Shown: positions 28,054 through 37,300, counted from the first letter of the stretch. The stretch is DNA of 64,000 nt from Clostridiales bacterium (GCA_012520375.1 JAAYOH010000037.1:52413-116412), one strand, 5' to 3'. Notes: generated by a model not told the origin, from the sequence alone. Made by a program: numbers and translations.

Positions 28054-28872
28054 TCACCTCAGCATGTCTGCGATCTTGTCGTTGTATGCGGTCAGCACTT
28101 CCGTCAACTTGGCTATTTGTCCTTGCAGCTCCGCTTTGCGGGCGTCGATTTCTTCCGGGCTCTGGACAAACGCCTTCATGGTGTAGGGAAATTTTGATTT
28201 GATCTCGGATATCCCGCCTTTTACGGCCTGCAGCAGTTTTAAGAGCCGCTCTTTTTCTTTTGCCAGCGCTGCCGATCCGTCTGTTTTGCCTGCCGGTATC
28301 GCCGGGACGGCCACCATGACCTCGATCACGCGCAAGCTGTCGAGGTCGCCCTGCTCGTAGGCCGACACCGCGTTGAAAAACAACTGCGCCTGTGCATCGG
28401 ACAGATCGGGATGCAGATCCGGATGGAGGGCTTTTACGATGGCCCGGTACAGCTTTTTCAATTCCTGGCTCTCCGACTCGGTCAAGGGCGTTCCATGGCT
28501 GCGCGCGAGGGCGTCGTTCATCTTTTCCACCTGCTCGTTCAGCATGGCCTGATACTGGGCGAACTCCGCATCCAACGCACGGTCGATCTGGGATACAATG
28601 ATTTTTTCCTGCCGGTTTTTCTTGGCCTGGATCAACTCCACCTTGCGTTTTTGCCGCCTGATCTGACAATCCAGTTCAAATACTTTGTACTCCAGGCCGC
28701 CGACAGACAGCATATAGGCCATCTCAATGTTTTTGCATTCCTGATACAGGAGGTCGTCCCGTTCCAGGTACAGCATGGACAGTTCCGTGCGGAGTTTTTC
28801 AACTTCCGTTTTCAGCGCCTCGAGATCGGGAAAGGGTATCAGCACATGGGTGGGATCGGGCATATCGCTCAT
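28054..28872 (-). CDS. coiled-coil protein with an internal J-domain-like segment
   Basis: 272 aa. KKLYRAIVKALHPDLHPD carries the HPD tripeptide in a J-domain helix II/III context, flanked by predicted coiled coils. It ends 6 nt before the HIRAN gene. Confidence 0.6.
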   Translation of the reverse strand: MSDMPDPTHVLIPFPDLEALKTEVEKLRTELSMLYLERDDLLYQECKNIEMAYMLSVGGLEYKVFELDCQIRRQKRKVELIQAKKNRQEKIIVSQIDRALDAEFAQYQAMLNEQVEKMNDALARSHGTPLTESESQELKKLYRAIVKALHPDLHPDLSDAQAQLFFNAVSAYEQGDLDSLRVIEVMVAVPAIPAGKTDGSAALAKEKERLLKLLQAVKGGISEIKSKFPYTMKAFVQSPEEIDARKAELQGQIAKLTEVLTAYNDKIADMLR

Positions 28873-28886
28873 GGTGCGCCCCCTTT

Positions 28887-28928
28887 CTTATGGAGGAGTG
28901 GCTTGGTCTTATGGAGGAGTAGCTTGGG
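28887..28928. repeat. two tandem copies of a 21-bp unit directly upstream of the J-domain gene
   Basis: cttatggaggagtggcttggt / cttatggaggagtagcttggg, 19 of 21 positions identical. Located 15-56 nt upstream of the ATG at 28872. Confidence 0.8.
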
Positions 28929-29139
28929 CCCGGATGCGGACCTGCACCGAATCGGATAGAAATTGGCATCCGAAGGACGAACAAAGGTGTTAAAGTGCCC
29001 GGTAGACTGCCGGGCAGAGGCATGCAGGGAGCACACCCCCGGCGGGGCAGGCTGATCTCCGGTCATCCGTATCATGAAGGCGCCGGAGGTTCAGCCCAGA
29101 GCCATCGTCAAAGAAGAATCCTTTGCCCGTTGCCGCAAC

Positions 29140-29664
29140 TCAGCCGGCCATGTCTGAACCGCATACGCTGCGCGCCACCACCTGAGGCGGAAGGGACAGG
29201 GCCATCGTCCCGTCGGTATATACGCGAATGCGCGCTCCGGGGACCATCGGTTCCACATTTTCCGGCAGATGAACGATCACTTCGTCCGCGGTATCATCTT
29301 GCAGGATCATCAAGGATTTTTCTGCAACCTCTTTTATCTCGCCGGCGATCACATATGCCGTGATCTTCTGGCCATAGACCTGGCCGGGCAGGGAAGCGCT
29401 CACGTTGCCGTCATAGGTGACATATACATACGCGTTGGTCTCCGGCAACACGTCGATCCCTTCAAAAACGCTGGCGTCGTCCACATGGACCCGGATCTCG
29501 CCGTACTCCTGTGTATCCAGCAGGATCGTTCCCTCTTCGGCGCCCAGCACGTATCCTTCAAGCAGGGCGGGTCCAATATCCTGCGCGAATGCGGGTGCGC
29601 CGCCAAGCATCAACGCCATGGTCACCAGGAAAGAGAGAAGTTTCAGGAAAAGGTGTTGTTTCAT
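29140..29664 (-). CDS. secreted hypothetical protein
   Basis: 174 aa with signal peptide MKQHLFLKLLSFLVTMALMLGGAPAFA. No recognisable family. Confidence 0.5.
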   Translation of the reverse strand: MKQHLFLKLLSFLVTMALMLGGAPAFAQDIGPALLEGYVLGAEEGTILLDTQEYGEIRVHVDDASVFEGIDVLPETNAYVYVTYDGNVSASLPGQVYGQKITAYVIAGEIKEVAEKSLMILQDDTADEVIVHLPENVEPMVPGARIRVYTDGTMALSLPPQVVARSVCGSDMAG

Positions 29665-29930
29665 TTTGTTTCAGCTCCTTTTCTAGCGGCTATGGTTCAT
29701 CTCCGCCGCTTTTTGTATGACGAAAGGGAAGGAAAATGGTTCCTTCGTTTTTTGACCCCTGGAGGGATCCATCCAAAGCGCGTGTCCTTTGAAAGTGCAT
29801 ACGCAAGATCCTGCGGACATCCTGCCGTATTTTGTAAGCGCGGAAGGGCAGAAGGATTTTACGCAATGGAAGTCGCTGCAATGGTTTAAGTTGAACACGT
29901 CGTATGGATAGTTTTTCTTCTTGACGCTTT

Positions 29931-29969
29931 TGATTAGGTATTGACTTAATCAGATGAATCGCCTATAAT
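29931..29969 (+). promoter_or_regulatory. promoter of the arsR-ABC operon with a candidate operator palindrome
   Basis: TTGACT (29941-29946), 17-nt spacer, TATAAT (29964-29969). The inverted repeat TGATTA-N10-TAATCA (29931-29952) overlaps the -35 box. Confidence 0.4.
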
Positions 29970-30013
29970 TTCATCAAGGGAACGCTGAATCCAATGATGG
30001 GAGGAGAAAGATC

Positions 30014-30409
30014 ATGGATAAGAAAAAGATACTGAAAGCCATGGCTGACGAAACACGCATGAAAATTGTGCGGTTGCTTCTTCGACACAATTATTGTGTC
30101 CGGGCGCTGGCGCAGGAATTGAACCTATCCGAAGCAGCGATATCCCAACACCTGAAAGTGTTGCGGGAGGCAGGCCTGCTCGTTGGAGAAAAGCGCGGCT
30201 ATTTCATGCACTATACCGTAGAACGTCCCGTACTGCATCAACTGGCACAGGAGATCAAAGCCTTGGCGGACATGGATGAGGAAACTTGCCGACCCCAAAA
30301 ACGCGATGATTGCCCTGCCCATGAGAAGCATGATTGCCCCAAAAAAGGCAAGTGCAGTGACGAGGTCAAGGCGTTTTGCCACGGCGCAGATCACAGCAAA
30401 GGAGAATGA
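30014..30409 (+). CDS. ArsR/SmtB family transcriptional regulator with a Cys/His-rich tail
   Basis: wHTH pattern ADETRMKIVRLLL...CV..LA.EL.LS.AAISQHLKVLREAGL. Tail: CRPQKRDDCPAHEKHDCPKKGKCSDEVKAFCHGADH. Confidence 0.85.
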   Translation: MDKKKILKAMADETRMKIVRLLLRHNYCVRALAQELNLSEAAISQHLKVLREAGLLVGEKRGYFMHYTVERPVLHQLAQEIKALADMDEETCRPQKRDDCPAHEKHDCPKKGKCSDEVKAFCHGADHSKGE

Positions 30410-30414
30410 AGGAC

Positions 30415-31383
30415 ATGGGGATGGTCAGCGTCTCAAACCTGAAAAAGACATATGGGAATTTTACCGCTGTGGACAACATCTCTTTTGCCATTGAGCAAGG
30501 TGAAATATTCGGCTTTTTGGGACCGAATGGAGCAGGGAAAACATCTACACTCAATATGATGATCGGTTTATCCCGACCGACTGCCGGAGAGATCGCGATC
30601 GATGGGATCGATGTAAAGAGAGACGCAAAGAAGGCACAGGCCATCATGGGCATTGTACCGGATGAAAGCAATCTTTACAACGAAATGGACGGGTTTGACA
30701 ACCTCTGTTTTTGCGCCGCGCTGTACGGGATGCGCAAGGAGGAAAGAGAGCCGAGAGCCCGCCAGCTTTTGGAGCAGTTCAGGCTACAGGATGCGGGCAA
30801 ACGCCCGTATAAAGCCTACTCCAAAGGCATGCGCCGCAAGCTGACGATCGCGGCGGCTCTGATCCATTCTCCGCAGGTGTTATTTTTGGACGAACCGACG
30901 ACGGGGATCGACGTGGAAAGCTCCAGACAAATTCGCGATATGATATTGGAACTGAAAAAGAAGAAAACGACGATCTTCCTGACGACCCACTACATAGAGG
31001 AAGCCGAGCGCATATGCGACAGGATCGCTTTTATCGCGGAAGGCCGGATCGTTGCATCAGGCGCCGTCCCCCACCTGATGGAAAGCGTTTCCCACGGCCA
31101 CGTCATCCAATTTGTGACGGACAAAAACATCGAAAGCCTTGCCATGGAACTTCAAAATCATTTTGCGGGAAGCAAAGTAAAAACGCGAGCCGGCAATTCT
31201 CTTGTGATGGCATCCAACCGGCGCATTCCTCTATTTCCTGTCATGGAGTTTTTCCGCAGCAAAGGGGTTGAAGTGTATGAAGCGCGGGAACTGCACCCTT
31301 CTTTGGAGGATGTCTTTGTCAAGCTGACGGGCATCGAATCTTCCGTGCTGAAGAAAGACAAGGAAAAAGGAGGCCGCCCATGA
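30415..31383 (+). CDS. ABC transporter ATP-binding protein
   Basis: Walker A GPNGAGKTS, signature YSKGMRRKL and Walker B VLFLDEPT. The start is ambiguous among ATGs at 30406, 30415 and 30421. Confidence 0.85.
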   Translation: MGMVSVSNLKKTYGNFTAVDNISFAIEQGEIFGFLGPNGAGKTSTLNMMIGLSRPTAGEIAIDGIDVKRDAKKAQAIMGIVPDESNLYNEMDGFDNLCFCAALYGMRKEEREPRARQLLEQFRLQDAGKRPYKAYSKGMRRKLTIAAALIHSPQVLFLDEPTTGIDVESSRQIRDMILELKKKKTTIFLTTHYIEEAERICDRIAFIAEGRIVASGAVPHLMESVSHGHVIQFVTDKNIESLAMELQNHFAGSKVKTRAGNSLVMASNRRIPLFPVMEFFRSKGVEVYEARELHPSLEDVFVKLTGIESSVLKKDKEKGGRP

Positions 31384-32111
31384 AAAGCTGGATCGCATTT
31401 TGGAATATCTTGAAAAAAGATGTAAAAAACTATTATCTAAAACCGCCCAACATCAGCTGGGGCATCATTTTCCCCCTTTCATGGACGCTGATGCAGCTTT
31501 TTCGCTCTCCTGGCGGGAACATCCTGGAATTGCTTCCCGGCCTGATTTCCATGAGCGTTTTGTTCGGCACCACCTCTATGCTCGCTGTTACCATTACCTT
31601 TGAGCGAAGCGGGCGGTCGTTTGATCGATTGCTGCTGGCCCCTATCAGCCTCAACGTGATGGTGCTGGCGAAGATAGCCGGGACCATCCTGTTCGGCATT
31701 CTCAATGCGTTGGTCCCGGTCGTTTTCACAAGCTTTTTTATCGATTTGGGTGGGGTAAACTGGGGGTTGCTGTTGCTCGCAATTTTCATGATCGCCATAA
31801 CGTCCGCATTAACCGGCCTATTGATCGCGGTCTCAGCCAAACAGGTATTTGAAGCGCAGACATTTTCCAACTTTTTCCGCTTCCCCATGCTGTTTCTCTG
31901 CGGGTTGTTCATACCAATCTCAAGTTTGCCGCTCTTTCTGAGACCCGTTTCATTTTGCCTGCCGCTCACTTACGGGAACGATATCCTGAAGGGCGCGATT
32001 ATGGGAACAAATACCCTCTCTCCGCTGCTGTCTTTCGGGCTGTTGCTGGTCTTTGCCGCGGCGTTGTTCACAATCTGCCGGAACAACATCAACCGCAAAT
32101 GGATTTTGTAA
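31380..32111 (+). CDS. ABC-2 type transporter permease
   Basis: 243 aa with six TM helices. Overlaps the ATPase stop by 4 nt. Confidence 0.75.
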   Translation: MKSWIAFWNILKKDVKNYYLKPPNISWGIIFPLSWTLMQLFRSPGGNILELLPGLISMSVLFGTTSMLAVTITFERSGRSFDRLLLAPISLNVMVLAKIAGTILFGILNALVPVVFTSFFIDLGGVNWGLLLLAIFMIAITSALTGLLIAVSAKQVFEAQTFSNFFRFPMLFLCGLFIPISSLPLFLRPVSFCLPLTYGNDILKGAIMGTNTLSPLLSFGLLLVFAAALFTICRNNINRKWIL

Positions 32112-32278
32112 GGGAGGGGCCCGGACATTCATTTCACCGAAAGACAGGGCAGAGCGCATGGACGGGAAAAAGACCGAAGGGCTTTGATCAGGCATTGCTG
32201 CCACACGTGCAAATCGACAAAACCGGGAGGGCGCCGCGGCGCCCTCCCGGTTCCGTATGTTTCCGAATGTGCCGGATG

Positions 32279-33565
32279 TTATGCCCAGCCGCGCAGTTTG
32301 ACGGTGTTTGCCACCCGGTTGATGGCGATGGTGTAGGCAGCGTCCCGCATGTACATATTTTGGGACTTGGCCAGATCGTACACCCCCGCGAACGCCTTGG
32401 TCATGGTGTACTTCAGCTTGTCCAGCACTTCCTCCCGGCTCCAGAAGTAGTTCATGTTGCACTGCACCTGCTCAAAGTAGCTGCAGGTCACGCCCCCTGC
32501 GTTGCACAGGAAGTCGGGCAGCAGCAGCAAGCCGCGCTCCTGGATCAGCGGATCGCAGTCGGGGGTGGTGGGGCCGTTCGCGGCCTCGCACAGGACCCGG
32601 ACGGACTTTGAGATCTGGGGGAACACGGCGGGGGTGATCTGGTTCTCCAGCGCCGCCGGGATCAGGATGTCCACGTCCTGGGACAGCCACGCGTCGCCCG
32701 GCAGAATGTCGTAGCCCAGGGAACGCGCCTTTTCCACGTCGATGCTGCCGAAAGAGTCCTTGATCGAAGCCAGCTCCGGCACGTTCACGCCGTCCTCTTT
32801 TTTGAATGTGTAGGACTTCTTGTCCTTCTGGTTCCAGCAGGACACGCACAGGATTTTGCCGCCCAGTTCGGTGTACATGCGTGCGGCGTATTCGCCCACG
32901 TTGCCAAAACCCTGCAGGCTGGCGGTGGTGGCCTTGATGTCGATGCCCTCGTTTTTCAGCAGTTCGCTCAGCACATAGACCACGCCGTAGCCGGTGGCTT
33001 CCGTGCGCCCGAGGGAGCCGCCCATGCCCACCGGCTTGCCGGTGATCATGCCCGGATAGCGCGCCCCGGAGACGGTTTCATATTCATCCAGCATCCACAG
33101 CATGTGCTGGCCGTTGGTCATCACGTCCGGTGCGGGCACGTCGCTGAACGGGCCGAGCTGGCCGTACAACTGGCGCACATAGCCGCGGCACAGGCGTTCC
33201 TGCTCGGCCAGCGACAGGTTGTGGGGATCGCAGATCACGCCGCCCTTGGCGCCGCCCAGCGGGATGTCCACTACGGCGCATTTCCACGTCATCCACATGG
33301 ACAGGGCGCGTACGGTATCCGCCGTCTCATGGGGGTGGAAGCGGATGCCGCCCTTGGCCGGGCCCCGCGCGTCGTTGTGCCGGACGCGGAACGCTTTGAA
33401 AACCTTGGTGGTCCCGTCGTCCATCTTGACGGGGATGGTGAAATGGAACTCTTTCATGGGCTGGCGCAGCAGTTCCCTGACGCCCTGGTTCAGGTTCAGC
33501 TGTTCCGCTACCCGGTCGAATTGGGCTTGCGCGCTCTCGTAGGGGTTGTAAGATATGTTGGACAT
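32279..33565 (-). CDS. gdhA: glutamate dehydrogenase (Glu/Leu/Phe/Val dehydrogenase family)
   Basis: 428 aa with GPAKGGIRFHP and PLGGAKGG motifs and a Rossmann GFGNVG. Confidence 0.9.
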   Translation of the reverse strand: MSNISYNPYESAQAQFDRVAEQLNLNQGVRELLRQPMKEFHFTIPVKMDDGTTKVFKAFRVRHNDARGPAKGGIRFHPHETADTVRALSMWMTWKCAVVDIPLGGAKGGVICDPHNLSLAEQERLCRGYVRQLYGQLGPFSDVPAPDVMTNGQHMLWMLDEYETVSGARYPGMITGKPVGMGGSLGRTEATGYGVVYVLSELLKNEGIDIKATTASLQGFGNVGEYAARMYTELGGKILCVSCWNQKDKKSYTFKKEDGVNVPELASIKDSFGSIDVEKARSLGYDILPGDAWLSQDVDILIPAALENQITPAVFPQISKSVRVLCEAANGPTTPDCDPLIQERGLLLLPDFLCNAGGVTCSYFEQVQCNMNYFWSREEVLDKLKYTMTKAFAGVYDLAKSQNMYMRDAAYTIAINRVANTVKLRGWA

Positions 33566-33937
33566 AATCGCATGCTCCTCCTGTCTGTCGTTTCGCGTCC
33601 TCAGGGCACGGTTTTTGCACGTAGGGTCTTATAATTATACGCATAAAGAAGGGAATCGTCAATCGCGAGCGGGGAAATAAAAGGGTTAAATGCAAATTTA
33701 ATCAAAGGTGTTTCTCGATTTTGGAACATGCCAACCAATGGAAGGTAGATAATCTAGGTAGTAATCCCGAGATTCTTTTTGGATGTTTCGCCAACTTGAT
33801 AATTCTTGGCCAAATGATTGTGTCGACAGATCAGGTATAGTTCTAGCAAGGAACTTATGGAAATTATTCCTCAGCTTGTTGTACACTTTCGAAGCGAGAA
33901 GCATAAGAACCCGATAGAATTACAGGACCGTTCCTTA

Positions 33938-34090
33938 CTGAAAGGAACACACGCTGCTTTCCATCGCGAGGGATGGTTACACGGTTTGCAGCTATCTGGA
34001 AGTTCCCAGCACAAAAATGCTTGCTCTGCAAGGACTTTCCGCCTATGTACAGAAAAAACCGTACAGTTTCCCGTAAGGGTTCTTTTTTGG
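33938..34090 (+). repeat. structured repeat, copy A (short form)
   Basis: Roughly three-quarters identical by eye to 38774-38899 and shares the 5' motif aaggaacacac with copy B. Ends in the hairpin agaaaaaaccgtacagtttcccgtaagggttctttttt. Confidence 0.5.
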
Positions 34091-34387
34091 GTATACCAGA
34101 GCAATACAAATCCGAACAGTTAACAGCATTTCCAATGGTTAACATATAACCGGAAAACATGATGATAAAGTATAATAAGTTGCACTTAAAGGAGCAAACA
34201 CGGCTCAAAGGAATCAATTGGAACGAAGCAAGTACAAAGCATTGGAATTGTTGACAAGGTTTGTCAAGAATTATTCGCATTGTTTTTCAGACTTATTATT
34301 CTCCGTTTCACGAACATGTTTTGGAAAAGCTGCCTTGGTTTTGCAACAATAGCGGATTATGAAGAATTGTAAAATTTTGAAAATCAA

Positions 34388-34418
34388 TTGACTTTAAACA
34401 TACTTTAGGTGCTACATT
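34388..34418 (+). promoter_or_regulatory. candidate MerR-type promoter of the flavin reductase gene
   Basis: TTGACT (34388-34393), 19-nt spacer, TACATT (34413-34418), ending 35 nt upstream of the ATG. A 19-nt spacer is characteristic of MerR-activated promoters. Confidence 0.3.
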
Positions 34419-34452
34419 TAACACGGTAACAAATATTGAGGAGGTATATTTT

Positions 34453-36366
34453 ATGAAAAAGGTTTGGTCGTTGATCATTTGTCTGATGTTGGCGCTAATA
34501 TTGACCGTTCCAACAAGTGCATCCAGCTGGGTGCGCGATGCGACGCAGGTGGAGGTCTGGGATCGCGAAGTGGACTTTTTAATCGTTGGCTTCGGCTTAG
34601 CAGGCGCGGCCGCCGCAGTCGAGGCACACGATATCGACCCGCAAGCACGTATTCTGGTGCTTGAAAAAATGCCCAAGGAACTTGCAGGTGGCAATTCTAT
34701 TGCCTCCGGCCAGACCTTCATCGTGCCGGATGGAGCGGACGTAGAGACGTTTAAAACGTATATCCGTTCCTGTAACCAACCTAATCCTATCCCAGAAGAA
34801 TACCTCGATTGGATGTGCCGAGGTTTTGCCACGCAGTTACCATGGGTAAACAGCATCGCGGCGGGCGTAGATTACGAGACCGGCTATGTGGGCGGTGGCG
34901 AACTACGTTGGGGTTCCATGGTGTTGGAGTTTGACTCCTTTGAAGGATCCAACTTTAACGGTGCTTCAGCACATCTGCGTAAAAAGGGCGTCGGTTCGTT
35001 TGAAAACGGTGGCGTCTGGCGTTGTTTTGCCAAGGCTGCTGAAGCGCGTGGTATTGAAGTACTCTATGGTACGCCTGCTGTCTCTTTGGTGCAGGAAGCT
35101 GCTAGTGGAAAAGTGACTGGCGTTATCGCCTGCTCCTTAGACGGCAGCGAAGTGTCCATCAAGGCGGAGAAAGGTGTGCTGCTGGCCTGCGGCGGTTTTG
35201 AAAACAATCTGCAGATGCAACGTGATTTCAATGGTCTTGATATGGTCTATACCGCCGGTACGCCTGGCAACACAGGCGACGGAGTGAAGATGCTTATGGA
35301 GGCGGGCGCGCAAATGTGGCATATGGACAATGCCACACAATCCGGTGGCTATTGGCTTGGTATTAAGACGGACGCTTATGAGTCAACCTTCATGCGTAAT
35401 TTCTCAATGCCCGGCGGTTCATGGATAGAAATCAACGCCATTGGTAACCGCTTCTACAACGAGGGCGGTACCTATCACCGCCAGCACATGAAGTATATGG
35501 AGAATGGAAAATACGTCGATTTACCTCATTATAGGCAACTGCCCGTCTACCTGATCTTCGACGAGAGCCTGCGTGTTGCTGGCACTGTGGCTACTATGTG
35601 GCTAAGCTGGCCTATCACCACCGAAGGTTACAAATGGTCCACTGACAACAGCGCGGAGATCGAAAAGGGCTGGATTGTGAAAGCCGATACGCTAGAGGAA
35701 TTGGCCGAACAAATCGGCTATGCACCCGAGACACTTGTGGGAACAGTCGCTCGCTACAACGGCATGGTGGATGCCGGCGTCGACAGTGACTACGGACGTG
35801 ACCCCGCTACGATGGCTAAGATAGAAAAAGGCCCCTATTATGCCGTCGCCCTGACACCGACGCTCGTTGCTACTACTGGCGGTGCAAAACGCGATACCGC
35901 CTGCCGCGTGCTTGACTGGGACGACAATCCCATTCCTAATCTCTACGAGGCGGGCGAACTGGGTAGCTATATTTCAAACCTCTACCAGAACGGATGCTTC
36001 CTGTCTGAAGCCATGCTCTCGGGTCGCACGGCAGCGCAGACCGTCATGGGTGGTAAGAGCGAAGTGGTCACTGCCGAAGAGGGAACAGCTGGCAATCCTT
36101 GGGACGGCGCATCCGACGGTCGATATGCGGCTAACGTGCAGGGTATGCACGAGCAGGTAGAAGTGACCTTCACCGTCTCGGACGGTAAACTGACAGCCAT
36201 AGAAGTCACCTCCGGCCGGGATAGTATGTTGATGACCGACGATCAGTTGTCCGCCTATATCGGCGAAATCATCGGCGGACAAACCGCCTCCGTGGATGTT
36301 GTCACTGGTGCGACCACCGACAGCCAGCTGATTATCAACGCCATGGCGGCAGCCTTCGCTAAATAA
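34453..36366 (+). CDS. secreted FAD-dependent reductase (fumarate-reductase-like flavoprotein) with a C-terminal FMN-binding domain
   Basis: Sec signal peptide MKKVWSLIICLMLALILTVPTSA and dinucleotide motif VGFGLAGAAAA. The fold is FAD_binding_2-like. The C-terminal FMN_bind domain carries the flavinylation motif DVVTGAT (Thr codon at 36313-36315). Confidence 0.8.
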   Translation: MKKVWSLIICLMLALILTVPTSASSWVRDATQVEVWDREVDFLIVGFGLAGAAAAVEAHDIDPQARILVLEKMPKELAGGNSIASGQTFIVPDGADVETFKTYIRSCNQPNPIPEEYLDWMCRGFATQLPWVNSIAAGVDYETGYVGGGELRWGSMVLEFDSFEGSNFNGASAHLRKKGVGSFENGGVWRCFAKAAEARGIEVLYGTPAVSLVQEAASGKVTGVIACSLDGSEVSIKAEKGVLLACGGFENNLQMQRDFNGLDMVYTAGTPGNTGDGVKMLMEAGAQMWHMDNATQSGGYWLGIKTDAYESTFMRNFSMPGGSWIEINAIGNRFYNEGGTYHRQHMKYMENGKYVDLPHYRQLPVYLIFDESLRVAGTVATMWLSWPITTEGYKWSTDNSAEIEKGWIVKADTLEELAEQIGYAPETLVGTVARYNGMVDAGVDSDYGRDPATMAKIEKGPYYAVALTPTLVATTGGAKRDTACRVLDWDDNPIPNLYEAGELGSYISNLYQNGCFLSEAMLSGRTAAQTVMGGKSEVVTAEEGTAGNPWDGASDGRYAANVQGMHEQVEVTFTVSDGKLTAIEVTSGRDSMLMTDDQLSAYIGEIIGGQTASVDVVTGATTDSQLIINAMAAAFAK

Positions 36367-36369
36367 GAC

Positions 36370-37194
36370 CTATCCTTCTTCCGGGCTCACCGGCACCACA
36401 AGCTCCGTGTAATGCCGGTGAGCGCCTGTCTCATCGGTGAAGTTCATAATCTGATGCGTGAACAGATCGGAACGTGGGGCAAGACGGTGTTCCTCTAGAA
36501 ATGGAAGCAGTATCCCGGCCACGTCGTCCAATTCAAATTGACCATTTTCCAAATGTACCACACAAGAAACGGCTGGGCCTGAACGCAGATGCGTAAAGCC
36601 ATCCGATACATCCAGTTCCAACAGGTGAGCGGCTTTCTCTCTGATGAGCACACCCTTTTGAATGCCTTGGGGCTTGTCAGGCGCTTTGAGTGCTCCGACG
36701 GGAATCAGCGTGGTGAATGAACTAAGCGGCAGATGGCAAAAGAGGGCTTTGAGTGTTTCGCTGCTTTCAACCTGCTCCCACAAGTCCTCAATAGACGGAT
36801 ACAGTCGCATATAATACGATTCGATACGGACGAGGCGTGGGGTCTCACCTAGCGATTGCACCAGACGCACTAAACGGGTGCATTCGGACATACGGTTTGC
36901 AATGAGTTGCTTGTATTCTATTTCTCGTTCGAGCTCCGCAAGTTTTTGTGTAACGAGCGCGAGCATGTCCTCAGTGGAGATGCCTTCGTAGATTTGGCGA
37001 ATTTCGTCTAGTTGAAAGCCTTGGTTTTTCAGACGTTTTATATTGCCCATCCGTTGAATGTCTACCCGATCAAAGACCCGGTAGCCCCGGTCGTTAATCC
37101 GAGTCGGCTGTAAAAGTCCCTTGCGTTCGTAGAAACGCAGAGCCTCGTCGCTCAGTTGGAAGGACTTGGAAAGAGTGCTTATTGAAATGCGCAT
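36370..37194 (-). CDS. MerR family transcriptional regulator with a C-terminal effector domain
   Basis: Start ATG 37194 after GGAGGTG. The N-terminal MerR HTH reads ISTLSKSFQLSDEALRFYERKGLL.P.R...GYR.F, followed by a coiled-coil linker. Confidence 0.8.
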   Translation of the reverse strand: MRISISTLSKSFQLSDEALRFYERKGLLQPTRINDRGYRVFDRVDIQRMGNIKRLKNQGFQLDEIRQIYEGISTEDMLALVTQKLAELEREIEYKQLIANRMSECTRLVRLVQSLGETPRLVRIESYYMRLYPSIEDLWEQVESSETLKALFCHLPLSSFTTLIPVGALKAPDKPQGIQKGVLIREKAAHLLELDVSDGFTHLRSGPAVSCVVHLENGQFELDDVAGILLPFLEEHRLAPRSDLFTHQIMNFTDETGAHRHYTELVVPVSPEEG

Positions 37195-37300
37195 GAGGTC
37201 GTCACCTCCTCTGTGTATATTATAGCGCGTTTTATTCAATCCGTCCAGCAAACACAATACTCAGTACTGGGTGCCATTATAATAAAAGGAGAGATAGAGT

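Noticed and set aside
28887-28928. Possible CRISPR-like or minisatellite array.
   Set aside because: There are only two directly adjacent 21-bp units with no spacers and no cas genes in the window. It is reported only as a tandem duplication.
33698-33904. 68-aa minus-strand ORF (MLLASKVYNKLRNNFHKFLARTIPDL...) in the AT-rich padding next to gdh, considered as a recombinase or transposase remnant.
   Set aside because: It has no recognisable catalytic or HTH motif and no RBS. It may be a gene fragment, but I cannot support a call without a database search.
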